NCBI GenBank assembly: GCA_964016885.1 | Contig: OZ024744.1 | Span: 107,880,001-107,944,000 of the forward strand | Length of the DNA stretch: 64,000 nt | Direction of reading: 5' to 3' | From: Eledone cirrhosa | Taxonomy: Eukaryota | Shown: positions 63,441 through 64,000 of the stretch, in pieces | Layout: each line of letters begins with the position of its first letter | How positions within the stretch are numbered: position 1 is the first letter of the stretch | Made by a program: the position numbers and the translations under genes | The notes under the pieces: model-generated | Database searches by the model: none | Told to the model about the DNA's origin: nothing | The model's input: the letters and a program-made list of their open reading frames with translations, nothing else

Positions 63441-64000
63441 ATATTTATATATATTTCACTGAGGACTATCAGTTATGATAACCCGAGCTCTTCAGATGAG
63501 AAAACCTATAGAAACAATGAAAGTTCCTAAAAAAAAACCTTTAAATTTTGAAAAAATCCAATAACTTCCTCTAAAAAGATTTTCTTTTCATGATACAGGG
63601 GGGGGGGGGGGGCAGACACGTGGTGTTGTTACTTCGACAGCCGACCCGTACAATTTATACAGGTTGTTGAGCACTTTTTTTTATCTGCTTCACAACTGAC
63701 AGCTATAATATTAACAAAGTCAGAAAGAATACTGTAGACAAATTAAAATTGGAATACCAATCCTTGTTAATCTCTTAAACTAACAATGCTTGCATGTCAT
63801 GTGTCTACAGGATGGATGGGGTTCATTGGTTTAAATAAAAGGGAAATTCTTTAGAAGCTAATTCTTTAAGGCTGAAATAAGGGTGACAAAGGCAGAAAGG
63901 GTTCCAAGTGTTGGCGTGCTTTCCCTTGTGAAGTTTCTGTACATTTTACATCACCTGAAAAACCTCTTCACTGGCCTCACCGGAGGATTATACCGAGACG

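Noticed and set aside
63455-63523. Hammerhead-like CTGAGGA..GAAAC
   Set aside because: No stem III or NUH between GAAA and the putative stem I
63640-64000. Possible decayed LINE RT on the minus strand
   Set aside because: Motifs too degraded to support a call

Overview
Eukaryotic, AT-rich DNA made almost entirely of transposable elements and microsatellites. No host protein-coding gene, rRNA, tRNA or CRISPR array can be supported. The SINE repertoire (tRNA-headed Nin/Deu-like and CORE-like SINEs with RTE tails) suggests an octopus/cephalopod, but this is inference. Retroelements present: many decayed RTE LINE fragments, Tx1/L1-group LINEs (one near full-length, 3664-8349), two R4/Dong-type RLE LINEs, CR1 and CRE fragments, two Penelope-like elements, a Ty3/Gypsy element, and a 2.05-kb non-coding LTR element with tRNA-Trp PBS and 4-bp TSD. 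DNA elements present: a non-autonomous Helitron cluster, MITEs, a mariner fragment, and a Merlin (IS1595-like) transposon that the non-coding LTR element interrupts. Three observations stand out. (1) Six hammerhead-ribozyme motifs folded by eye, two complete with unusually long stem II. (2) An (ATT)n/(TAA)n microsatellite nest in which a SINE family and a Tx1 LINE share their 3' terminus, suggesting a Tx1-mobilised, microsatellite-preferring SINE. (3) Repeated fold-back and inversion structures. Coordinates were read by eye and boundaries of decayed elements are approximate.
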